From: Sporopachydermia quercuum
Taxonomy: Eukaryota
NCBI GenBank assembly: GCA_001599295.1
Contig: BCGN01000003.1
Span: forward strand, 434,001 to 498,000
Length of the DNA: 64,000 nt
Reading direction: 5' to 3'
Of this stretch, positions 35,102-45,377 are shown piece after piece. Numbering within the stretch: position 1 is the stretch's first letter; each line of letters starts with the position of its first letter. Below the pieces are notes generated by a model that was not told the DNA's origin, ran no database searches, and was given only the letters and a program-made list of their open reading frames with translations. Position numbers and translations under genes: made by a program.

Positions 35102-36283
35102 ATGCTTTCGTTTATTTCGAGAAGTTCAAGCCTAGGTTTGAAATCTCAAGTAGTTAAAAGCGGTCACTCACAAAACTTTGGTCGTTTCTTAGCAACAGTA
35201 GTACCTGGAAATCGAGCCCCAAAACCAGAAACAGTAGAAGCTCGGGAAAAGCTAAAGGAATTCTCTAAGCTTATCAAAAGATCAAATTTAGAATTGGTAC
35301 CAAAAACTGAAGGATTGACATATTTGGAACAACAAGATGAGCTTATGACAAGAAGAAGAAAACAAGCAGCAGCAGGTGTTCCTTTGAAAAGGTTAAAGCC
35401 AAGAACTCCAGGTTTGAAGTGGTGGATTCGACCTATGTATTCTTATCTTCATAAAGGACAACCTTATCGACCACTTACAAAGGCATTAAGAAAGAATGGT
35501 GGAAGAAATAGGCATGGAAAAATTACGACTAGACATAGAGGTGGTGGCCACAAGAGAAGACTTCGATTGGTTGATTTCCATAGAAAGGAACCTGGTCCTC
35601 AAACAGTTGAAAGAATTGAATATGATCCGGGTAGAACAGCTCATATTGCTTTATTGAAACATCAAGAGACCGGTAAATATTCTTATATTTTAGCTGCTGA
35701 TGGTATGTTACCTGGTGATGTTGTTGAATCCTATAGATCTGGTATTCCCGACAGTTTGATGAAAGAAATGGGTGGTTCTTTTGATGCTGCCATTTTCACT
35801 ACAAGAACATCTTTGAAAGGTAACTGTTTCCCAATTTCAATGTTGCCTATTGGTTCAATTATTCATAACATTGGTATCATTAAATATGGCCCTGGTAAGC
35901 TTTGTAGAGCAGCTGGTACCTATGGACGTATTTTAGAAAAACATCCTGATAAGAGTAAAGCTGTAGTTCGTTTACAGTCGGGCGAACATCGTTATGTTCA
36001 TCTTGATGCCTGTTGTACATTAGGAATCGTTTCAAATCCTGATCATCAACATTTATCTTTGGGTAAGGCCGGTCGTGCTAGAAATATGGGTAGAAGACCA
36101 AAGGTTAGAGGTTTAGCTATGAATAAGTGTGATCATCCTCATGGTGGTGGAAGAGGTAAGAAGAAGAGTCATAAGCTGAGTATGAGTCCTTGGGGTACTT
36201 TGGCAAAGGGTTATAAGACAAGAAGAGGAACAAATATCAATAGAATGAAGGTACAAGATCGAAGAGTTAACTTAAGACGTTAG
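35102..36283 (+). CDS. RML2: Mitochondrial ribosomal protein uL2m
   Basis: [33 protein letters not shown] and [15 protein letters not shown], with a presequence-like N-terminus. Confidence 0.96.
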   Translation: MLSFISRSSSLGLKSQVVKSGHSQNFGRFLATVVPGNRAPKPETVEAREKLKEFSKLIKRSNLELVPKTEGLTYLEQQDELMTRRRKQAAAGVPLKRLKPRTPGLKWWIRPMYSYLHKGQPYRPLTKALRKNGGRNRHGKITTRHRGGGHKRRLRLVDFHRKEPGPQTVERIEYDPGRTAHIALLKHQETGKYSYILAADGMLPGDVVESYRSGIPDSLMKEMGGSFDAAIFTTRTSLKGNCFPISMLPIGSIIHNIGIIKYGPGKLCRAAGTYGRILEKHPDKSKAVVRLQSGEHRYVHLDACCTLGIVSNPDHQHLSLGKAGRARNMGRRPKVRGLAMNKCDHPHGGGRGKKKSHKLSMSPWGTLAKGYKTRRGTNINRMKVQDRRVNLRR

Positions 36284-36614
36284 TTTTGTTTGTAATAAGG
36301 ATCTGGTCAGCATTGTGAGTGATAAGATAGCTACTACTATTAGAATACTCATAACAGCTTTTGTGTCAATCAAGTATTATCAACGTCGATAGAGCTTTGG
36401 CAATTACAGTTACACTTCGTGAATTAATTACTACCTGAATGTTGAACTCGAAAATTCATTTTGTATCAAAACTTCTGTGTTCATTCCTTTCCTCATTCTA
36501 TCATTAACCTGTCATACCTGTATATATCAATATCTTATTTTACATAACAAAACAAAACAATAAATTAGCTTACATGAAATAAACCATAATTATTGCTGCT
36601 TTGATTTCCATCAG

Positions 36615-37586
36615 TCACACGTTTATTATTTTCGTCTGCAATTCCAAGTTCTGCCCATAAAAACATTCATCTTCATCAAACTCTGCTTCCTTGCTGATTT
36701 TTTCTTTCCCCGTATCGTTTTCCCTCAATGCCCCACTATTTTCATTTTCTTTCCCTTGTATAGCATTGACATTATTTCTCTGCATATTCTCATACTTCTG
36801 GCTTATTTTCAAGTAGTCAAATTTACCATATAGCTTCCAAGCTGAAAAATACTCTTCTTCATAGTAAATAAAAGGAACCTCTTGTTCTATTTGATTTCTA
36901 TGTCTATCTACAATATCAAATTCATTGATTATCAATACTGCAAACTGAACTGATATATGATTCTCTGTGTCTTCAGAAGGTATGAACCCTAAACCTGTTC
37001 TCTGGTTATAATTATCCTTATAATCCATGAAACGAATAGCTGTTTTACTAGCAAGGACATCTCTTGTTTCAAATACCAAATCTGCTTCGGAGATTTGAAT
37101 CAGAATATTTGTTTTCTCCTGTGTTATCCTTCTACAATGTTTCCGATGATACCTTCTTAGAGCCTCAGGGTGGACGTAGGCTATGATAGCATTGCTAGCA
37201 TCACATACGTTTAGATACAAATGATCAGGATCATAAGTAATGAATTTGAGGATTTGGAAGCATGTGGGGTGATTTGAGATGCTGCCTGTTTTACTGTGAT
37301 TGAGTTGACTTGATTGTTTTCTGTGAGGTTTTCTTATTCGATGTTTTGTTCGACGAATGAAATGTTTAATCATCAAGCCAGAGCGGGTATAGATTGCTTG
37401 AACAACTGCTTGGAGTATACAATGTCTCAGAAAAGAAAAGGTTTCCAAAGAAGGCTTTTCGGCCGCTAATCGTTGAAGACAGTTAGAAATAGCAAAGTTC
37501 CCGTAACTGTTATGAGGATTTCGGTTTATCCGAACCTGCCGTTCCCTTTTCTTCGGCGGGTAGTAGTTCTTAATGTGGTGGGGCAT
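36615..37586 (-). CDS. EST3: Telomerase subunit Est3 / TPP1-type OB-fold protein (5' end uncertain)
   Basis: Segments FQILKF, NVCDASNAI, RITQEKTNILIQISEADLVF and AVLIINEFDIVD...VPFIY align by eye, in order, with Est3 [35 protein letters not shown] and PVLNVNQATIFD...FPFVY. The first in-frame ATG is 37586. Confidence 0.75.
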   Translation of the reverse strand: MPHHIKNYYPPKKRERQVRINRNPHNSYGNFAISNCLQRLAAEKPSLETFSFLRHCILQAVVQAIYTRSGLMIKHFIRRTKHRIRKPHRKQSSQLNHSKTGSISNHPTCFQILKFITYDPDHLYLNVCDASNAIIAYVHPEALRRYHRKHCRRITQEKTNILIQISEADLVFETRDVLASKTAIRFMDYKDNYNQRTGLGFIPSEDTENHISVQFAVLIINEFDIVDRHRNQIEQEVPFIYYEEEYFSAWKLYGKFDYLKISQKYENMQRNNVNAIQGKENENSGALRENDTGKEKISKEAEFDEDECFYGQNLELQTKIINV

Positions 37587-38005
37587 AACTGCAAGGAAGA
37601 AATAGTACCAATAGCGATAACGGAAGGTAGTATACCTTCCAGAAGCAAAATACGGAGTTTTCCTCGTCAGGAATACAATATAGTGGTTTCTAGGCTCAGA
37701 CGGAAGCAATAACGGAAATAATAGCGGGACCAAGTATTTAATTGACTATCCTCCAACAGGCTAGATTTATCTGTTATGATAGCGGAATAAATACTTCCCA
37801 TGAACCTTCATCATATCATAGTCTCCAGATGCCCCTCGAGACTAAGTAATCATTTCCGAAATTTGAAATAAAGGAAACTATGGGTGAAAACCGGAAACTT
37901 CAATGTATATTCATTGTTTTACCTACGAGGCTTAGCTTATTATTATCACGCACTATTATTACTTTTATTAGCATTAAATCATTAATTTATAGCACAAAGT
38001 TCTTT

Positions 38006-39583
38006 TCAGTACTCTTCTTCAACATTGAAATGTGTATATGCTAATTCATACACATATCCAAGTGTAAGTTTAACATATTCTGCCATATGATCAAAGTCCA
38101 ACCGGTCAATAGTATCCTTTGAGGAATGAATAAACGGACTAGTGAGATCAAATTCAGATTCAATAACAAATGATGAAGGATATCCAAACTTCCTAGCAGA
38201 TGCATGATCAGAACATGCATATCCACATTTGGTTTTGTGATATGGAATAGAACAGTAGTTATCAATAATTACTTTCAAATAGTTAGTTAATGACTCGTCA
38301 ACATGATCAGTGATCAGTCCGATATGATCTTCATAGCCTTTTGCTCTCGACTTGGCTGTAAAACCTGTCATATCTTGTTGTAGCATTGAGACAACTTTCA
38401 GTCTCCTCTCGGAATAAACTTGATAAATGGCTTGAGATCCCAATAATCCACCTTCTTCTGCTGAGTAGAAATGAAACTGGACTATATTATCAGGTTTGAA
38501 TCTACTTTCAACAAGAAGTCTTAAAGCTTCTAAAATGGTGACGGTTCCACTTCCATCGTCGTCAGCACCAGGGGCAGCAAGATATGATGGGAACAGTAGA
38601 TTAGTAGAGTCTAAATGAGCACCAACGACAACTATTGGAGTTCTTGATGAAATATAATAATCATTAGTATTAGCCTCATGTTCGGCGTTATTATCATAAT
38701 GGTGGGAAATATTGTTTGGCTTGAATGTAACAATCAATGAGATTTGAGGCCATGAATGATGAAATTCTTCAATGTAAATATCATCACGATGTTTGATAAT
38801 GTTCTCAATTTCTTTCTTTAGCCAAATGGAACTGATTAACCCGTTTTTGATTCTATAATACCTTGTATGAAATGATGAGAATTTTGATAATCGTTCATAC
38901 ATATCCGTACTGTTGATCATGCTGATCAATTCTTTTACCTCTTTATCATGGTAAACATGTGTAGGATACTTATAGGTCTTAGCGTCGTTGTCCTCTCTAT
39001 TTCTGTTCTCTCTACGAGATTCAGCCTGGTACCTCTGATAACTATCAGTAATATCCATGAATTTAATACCTTTCTTCTTGTATACTAATTTATCTTTTTC
39101 CTGAATCCATTTGATATCTTCAGGGTCATCACTGAATGAGATTAGACGATGGCTGGCATCATTAAGAAAATAATGGCTAGTATCAAAGTTTTTATACAGG
39201 TTCAAAAGATCTTCTGATAGTTGTAAATCTTCCGATAATTTTTTGAAATCTGATTCCGGGTCAAAATCATCTCTAAAGTGTTCTTCTTGGTTGACAAGAT
39301 CCAATATCTCGTAAGCAGCTAGTGGGACGTGTTCCATTACATCCTGTAACAACTCTTCACCTGCTTGCTTCAGATCTTGCAAATAGTGTAATCTACCTTC
39401 GGTAGTACCTTCTTCGCTGATTTTGTAGCTTTCCTTCAGTTCCTCTGGTTGTTTTATGTAAATATTCCGTAAACCAAGTACTCCTTGATCATTAGCTGAA
39501 TCCTGATTACCAATGGCAAGATTGGCATCAACGGTTTTGCTCATGCTAAAGAGCAAAAGCGTTAACAAATACCTAGATTTCAT
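38006..39583 (-). CDS. Secreted/vacuolar M28 leucine aminopeptidase (YDR415C/Lap1-like)
   Basis: Signal peptide plus zinc-ligand motifs GAHLDS, APGADDDGSG, SAEEGGLLGS, QQDMTG, CGYACSDH and IHS. Confidence 0.92.
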   Translation of the reverse strand: MKSRYLLTLLLFSMSKTVDANLAIGNQDSANDQGVLGLRNIYIKQPEELKESYKISEEGTTEGRLHYLQDLKQAGEELLQDVMEHVPLAAYEILDLVNQEEHFRDDFDPESDFKKLSEDLQLSEDLLNLYKNFDTSHYFLNDASHRLISFSDDPEDIKWIQEKDKLVYKKKGIKFMDITDSYQRYQAESRRENRNREDNDAKTYKYPTHVYHDKEVKELISMINSTDMYERLSKFSSFHTRYYRIKNGLISSIWLKKEIENIIKHRDDIYIEEFHHSWPQISLIVTFKPNNISHHYDNNAEHEANTNDYYISSRTPIVVVGAHLDSTNLLFPSYLAAPGADDDGSGTVTILEALRLLVESRFKPDNIVQFHFYSAEEGGLLGSQAIYQVYSERRLKVVSMLQQDMTGFTAKSRAKGYEDHIGLITDHVDESLTNYLKVIIDNYCSIPYHKTKCGYACSDHASARKFGYPSSFVIESEFDLTSPFIHSSKDTIDRLDFDHMAEYVKLTLGYVYELAYTHFNVEEEY

Positions 39584-40303
39584 TGTTCATGTAGTTGTAA
39601 TTTATTTAATTGATGATGTTTTTTTGTCTTTCTTGAAAATTCATTCAGTCGAATGCTCTCTCATTCAATCAATTGTCCTCGATGATTGGTGGTTGACTGG
39701 GTTGTTATTGATAACAAGCTGTAAAGAAATAAGGAGCCAAGTTAAGACTTCCAAATTGCAGAATAAACTGTTGATACTGAATGGTAAGCAGAGTCCAAAT
39801 CAAACTTCCCAGATCATTAATACTTTAGCTATTTGATTATCAGCGACTGGCCCATTCCTGGTCCTCAAATTAATAATATTTTGCAGGTTAGTAAGTGGAA
39901 TAAATGGAATTGATGATTAATTGCTGAAAAAAAGAAGGAAGGAAGGATGACAGAAGCAGATTAGAATAAAGTTTTGTAGTGCTTCCACAGAGTTGTGAAT
40001 ATGGTTCACATGTCGCAGTATTTTTAGTAGGTACTATAAACTTTATTGTGTATCTTTTTCTTGTTTTGTAATTAAAGTTTGAACGTTATTCATAACTTTG
40101 TTTTACGAAATCCTTTAATTTCACCTTTTTCATTGTTCACCAACTACACATTCTTACTCCTAATAATATCATTATTCAGTATAATACTATGTAATTGATT
40201 TGTTGATATTTAAGATCAGTATGCTCATATACTTACATTCACACAGATTTAGCATCAAAAATATTCGTTTTTCGAAGCATTCCAGCTACCAATAGCACCA
40301 TTG

Positions 40304-42151
40304 TTAAGTCAGGCCAGTGATGAGAATATTCCTAGATGAAAGCTTTGGATCAAATACTATTCGTAATTCAACATCACGAAACATGTTTCCAGGGATAATT
40401 TCTTGATTTATACTTAATCCTGTACAGTTACTTGTAGTTATTTCTTCTTCTTCTTCTTCTTCTTCTTCTTCTTCTTCTTCTTCTTTCTTATTCAGTTGTA
40501 AGAGGTATAGAAACCTGTCCATTGAAATGAGTGTCTCGGTTAGCGATCCAATTGAAAAAGCTTGTAAAGTCCATAAAAAGCTCAACCTTTTGTAATGTAA
40601 AGAATATGATTTAACCAAAGCAAAAAAATCATTTATTATTGTTTCCTTTCCAAAATACTTTAATGTCTTGCTGTCAAATGATAAGTTGATCATAGTATCT
40701 AATAGCACACTTTTGAACATTTCACCAGATAGTTTCAGTCTCTTCAACACTTCATTGATAAAAACATTGAGGTTCTTATAGACTTTCTTAGGCAAGCCTC
40801 CAACTTTCTTGTGACTTTCCTGAGGTATCAAATATTTATGGTTATTGAGGAAAACTTGTAGACAAGCTCTAGAATAATTGATAACAAGAAATATATCATC
40901 ACCTTGGGTGTTCCACGACTCAATAGATTGACAGGCTAACATTCTTGATTTACCATTAATATAACGAATTGATTTTCTGATATAACCACTCAAAGGAAAT
41001 CCATAATTTCCAGGATTTTCTTCAGCTGTTGTTATCATATTATAGCAACATCCAACAACAGAAACTCCAACGATATTCTTATGATAAGTTATCGATTCTT
41101 CAATAGATCTCAGACAATATGATGTTAAATCCCCACATGCATGTAGTCCAACTATTAAGAATTTATCTTCATTGAAATTGCTATTATTTACAACTTCACC
41201 AAAGTTTCCATTATTAACATTCTGGTGCAAGTATTGTATTGGTTCTTCGCTTACACCAGCAGTAGCAGCACTATGATTGCCATCAACTGACTGATCATCC
41301 TGTTGGTATTTATCTAACTTCATGCTACCATTATTTCTGTCCTCATAGAGCTCCACTGCTATAATCTGTTTGAAGTCATAGAGCTGATATAAGCTACGAC
41401 AAAGATATCCTTTTCCTGATCCAATATCCATGATAGCTAGTTTAGACTTGTCATACTTTGAAGGGTATTTACTTATATCAGATTGAATCATATAAGCAAA
41501 ATTCTCACACTCATGAATTTTCTTTGGTGACATCCCTAAGCATAAAGGACGTCTGATTAATTTAATCTTGCTATTTTCTTTTATATTTGTTCTGTCTGGT
41601 TGTTTGCCTTGCTTCTTATGAGCATTTAGTAGTTGTTTAGTATCAGGAGAGGTTGTTGATATAAGCTCATTGCATAGATTGTTTTTGTCTATACAACAAT
41701 ATTTCACGCTTAAAATGAATAGTCTGAAAGAATCAGGTAATTTCTTGAACCATTTATTTGAGTGTATTTTACTTGATTGAATGGTTAACAATTGAATCAG
41801 ATCGCCAATGCTCATGTTGTTAAGGGCATTATCCCATTCCTCTGGTATGATAGAAGGATAGGCACCAATACTAGTTGTAGAATCCATATTACTGTCTATG
41901 AAATAATCGTTTATATGAAAATTTGCATACAACTGGAGCAGAACATTTGCCCATTGTTGAATAGCACTTGGTTCCGATTCAATCCCAATAATTGTAGAGA
42001 GTTCTTTCATTACCTGAATGTCCTGCTTTAACAGACACACGAGGTATTTAGAATTAGCTGCTAGTAATTGTATTAATGATGCATCTTTCAGAACGTTTTG
42101 CAATTGACAAGGATATCGATATTGGCTACTTGATGAGTCGGTTATCCTCAT
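40304..42151 (-). CDS. METTL25/RRNAD1-like SAM-dependent methyltransferase
   Basis: GMSPKKIHE, DIGSGKGYL (motif I), GLHACGDL, VGCCYN, MDRFLYL and FDPKLSSRN. Confidence 0.85.
   Translation of the reverse strand: MRITDSSSSQYRYPCQLQNVLKDASLIQLLAANSKYLVCLLKQDIQVMKELSTIIGIESEPSAIQQWANVLLQLYANFHINDYFIDSNMDSTTSIGAYPSIIPEEWDNALNNMSIGDLIQLLTIQSSKIHSNKWFKKLPDSFRLFILSVKYCCIDKNNLCNELISTTSPDTKQLLNAHKKQGKQPDRTNIKENSKIKLIRRPLCLGMSPKKIHECENFAYMIQSDISKYPSKYDKSKLAIMDIGSGKGYLCRSLYQLYDFKQIIAVELYEDRNNGSMKLDKYQQDDQSVDGNHSAATAGVSEEPIQYLHQNVNNGNFGEVVNNSNFNEDKFLIVGLHACGDLTSYCLRSIEESITYHKNIVGVSVVGCCYNMITTAEENPGNYGFPLSGYIRKSIRYINGKSRMLACQSIESWNTQGDDIFLVINYSRACLQVFLNNHKYLIPQESHKKVGGLPKKVYKNLNVFINEVLKRLKLSGEMFKSVLLDTMINLSFDSKTLKYFGKETIINDFFALVKSYSLHYKRLSFLWTLQAFSIGSLTETLISMDRFLYLLQLNKKEEEEEEEEEEEEEEITTSNCTGLSINQEIIPGNMFRDVELRIVFDPKLSSRNILITGLT
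40442..40483 (-). repeat. (GAA)14 coding microsatellite (poly-Glu)
   Basis: Perfect (TTC)14 on the + strand, encoding E14 in the methyltransferase. Confidence 0.95.
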
Positions 42152-43666
42152 TTTATTATCAAAATTAATTTAAATCATAGAAAAGTTCTCATCATTGAAT
42201 CAGCTTCATCTGCTCTACTGTTTTCCGCTCTTTTTCAAACAAAGAAAAATGTGAACAATAAACAAGCCAAACAACAGTTCGACGTCAATAGTGAGAACCT
42301 TGATTTCTTTGTTCAAGGGTTAATTTGAATACTATTTGTAGCATTATTCTAATAGTTAATAAAAGATGAATGTTCTTTCTCATAGGTGTAATATATNACA
42401 TCCCCTGTAAACTTTTTCATGTTCACTTTCTTGGTTTTCAATGTGCATATGAAAGCCAAATATTAACTAGAATCTCTATGCTAGTTTTAGATCATTTAGC
42501 TTGCTAAATAATTAAAGTTAACGTTTATTTCTTCCAAATTTCAAAGCTGAATTAAATTTATCATAATGAGTTGAAGGGATATAAAAATCCGTAAAAATGC
42601 GCTATCATAATTTACAGGAAAATAACATAATTTAGTGGTGGTTCATCATTATGCAAGAAAACAAATAATATTAATCGATAGCATATATGCTTGTGGTAGA
42701 GTCTGATTTGAGTTTTGGTAGTTTATCTATTTTATTGTAAATGCTGCTTTTTGAGTCAATTGATTGGATGGTAGCACTAATATAATTGAAGTGAAATTTT
42801 AAAAGGGGAATTTGAAAGAGATCTGTTCTTGCTGGAGCTACAATACGAACTACGGATATTATACGGATGTACCATTCGAGTCTTGATGAGAAAGAGTGCT
42901 AACCGAGAAAACTAACCTAGATACACACTCTTAATTCCCATACTAAGTTTAACTAACACGATAGAACTTATCTTTTGAATGAAACTCACTTCAGGGTGAG
43001 AGCTTTTATTGTTGTAATTCAATCCTTCTAATGATACTCTTTGGCGTAGATAATCATAGAGACGAATTTATCTGTTTTGACAAAGAAACAAAAATATCAA
43101 AGGGCTTACCTCCTTGTTCCTATCACAGTCTGTATCTGGTTTTGAATCATAAAAGCTCGATTGTTTTCCAAGAGTAGTATTTACCGATTGTCAATAATTA
43201 TCAGGAAATGTTACTTTTGTTTTTATTCATTCGTCTCTCCGTGGATAACTAGTCTCTGCTTCGTTCCTTTCTTCTTAGAAGCAACTAAGTTGAAAATCTA
43301 ACTCCAAATATAAATCGAAACTTCCAGTTTAAGCAACAACGTTAAACTGTAATTCCATTTAATCCGCCAACCTTATTTGAGCTACTCAACTGATAGCCGC
43401 TTTTCCTCATTCTTTCTCCATCTTGTATGATTAGTTCTAAACTCTTCTTATCAATTGAAATCTTTACATCAATATGTACTATATATATACACTGCTGGTG
43501 ATACCTATTTGATTGTTCTTGTTGAACAATATTAATCCGTAAGTCAATTGTGTTTTTCCAGGCTGTCTTATTACTAATCACTGACCCATCATTTCTTCTA
43601 CTGTTACCACCAACAGCTGATACGAGAACAATAATCAAACATTCATTTTCATCAAAGACAACAAAA

Positions 43667-44587
43667 ATGACAACTACAAATCCTCCTTTGCCTGGTACTC
43701 TTCATTATTACCTACCGGAGAAAAAGCTCAGCGCATTTGAGTTCACTACTAATCCTTCTCCTAAAGTACTTCTCTTCATTGGCGGATTATCAGATGGATT
43801 AGCATCAGTTCCTTATCTTTACAGCCTTGCGCCAGCAGTAGAAAAAGCAGGCTACAGTTTGGTTCAAATTCTCATTTCCAGCTCTTATCTCGGCTACGGT
43901 GCGGGCAGTTTGACCAGAGATGCTGAAGAGATCGGGGAACTGGTAAAGTATCTAAGAAAAGGTACTAATGGATCATTACCAAGAGAAACTGTAGTTTTAA
44001 TGGGCCATTCTACAGGATCTCAAAACTGCGTTCAATACCTTACCAAATTTCTACCAACAAAAACCGGCCAAGACGCTATTGATTATAATATTGACGGTAT
44101 TATTCTTCAAGCAGGGGCTTCAGATCGTGAAGCTATAAAACTTGAATTTGACGATGACAAGGAACGTGTTGATGAGATTGCAGATAAGCTAATTGCTGAA
44201 GGAAAACAGTTTGAATTCATGCCAAAGGAAGTCTGTGATAGATTCTTTGGATCAGCAATGACTGCTTATAGATGGGCTAGTTTTTCAAAGTATGGTGGTG
44301 ATGATGATTTCTTCTCTTCCGATTTAACCGATGACTACCATCAAAAGACGTTTGGCAAGTTCAATAGAAAGAATTTGATAGTATTTTCTGGCAATGATGA
44401 ATATGTTCCCAAAAGTATTGATAAAGAAGCAATGGTTAAACGATGGATTTCTTTTATTCCCGAGCAATATCGTGATGAGCGCAGTAAAGTGGTTAAAGGA
44501 GCCAGTCATAATGTTGGACCCCTTAGTGAAGAAGGAGCATCAGACGATTTGGTAGAAACAGTTGTATCATTCTTGTCGGATATTTGA
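43667..44587 (+). CDS. DUF1749/UPF0613 alpha/beta hydrolase (SidJ-like esterase family)
   Basis: LLFIGGLSDGL, nucleophile elbow MGHSTGSQ, DDFFSSDL, SGNDEYVP and GASH. The ATG at 43667 is in an AAAA context. Confidence 0.88.
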   Translation: MTTTNPPLPGTLHYYLPEKKLSAFEFTTNPSPKVLLFIGGLSDGLASVPYLYSLAPAVEKAGYSLVQILISSSYLGYGAGSLTRDAEEIGELVKYLRKGTNGSLPRETVVLMGHSTGSQNCVQYLTKFLPTKTGQDAIDYNIDGIILQAGASDREAIKLEFDDDKERVDEIADKLIAEGKQFEFMPKEVCDRFFGSAMTAYRWASFSKYGGDDDFFSSDLTDDYHQKTFGKFNRKNLIVFSGNDEYVPKSIDKEAMVKRWISFIPEQYRDERSKVVKGASHNVGPLSEEGASDDLVETVVSFLSDI

Positions 44588-44667
44588 TGGTTGATGATTT
44601 GTGATAATATTTAACTATTATGGTTTCAAAAGACTCCTATCTATTGTCATTGCTATTCAAATGAACA

Positions 44668-44709
44668 ATTTTGTTGACCCCCTAATGAACAGTAGAGGGT
44701 CAACAAAAT
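44668..44709. repeat. Inverted repeat/hairpin with perfect 13-bp arms
   Basis: ATTTTGTTGACCC (44668-44680) and GGGTCAACAAAAT (44697-44709), with inner CTA/TAG pairing. Confidence 0.85.
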
Positions 44710-45377
44710 AGCAAGTCTTCCAAGCCTCTGTAAACTGGGAAATAACTGAAAATCAAACAGTTAAAAGGGGAGGAGAGGAGAAAGAAGGAGTTTTGAAGTA
44801 AATAAAACAATAAAATGGCCATGAACCAAGAAAACAAGAAAATCAGAAAAACGAATCCATATTAACAAAATGCTATTTATTATCAATTAATTGTTTTAAT
44901 TAGTCAACTTGAATTCTATTGTTATTTTACACATATTCTCCTATATATTATCATCATTACATCTATCACTCATATGGAAAATAAAGAACGCTGTCGAAGA
45001 TATAAGTAAAAGATTTACAAAGGTAATGATGTATCTTTCCCAGTTGTGATATCTACTCTTGTTCGTTCTTCTTCAAAATTGAGTACAAGACTAGAANAAT
45101 AAATGACAGAACAAAACTATTGGTTTTAGTTATTGAATTTTCGTTGTTAATATAAACTGTTCGTTATAAATCATCATTGTTCAATCAACAATAATATTAA
45201 TGATCCCAACCGCCTGCAACACAATTCCTCGTTAGGGAGGTTATATCTAAATTATCTCGTAGTTGTTCCATATTCTAATTAGTAGTAAGTATAATTAGTT
45301 CTTTAGTTTCTTTTTTATTATTCGTCTTATTATTATTATCTTTATTTTTTCCTATCCTATTCTGCTATTCTATCTTT

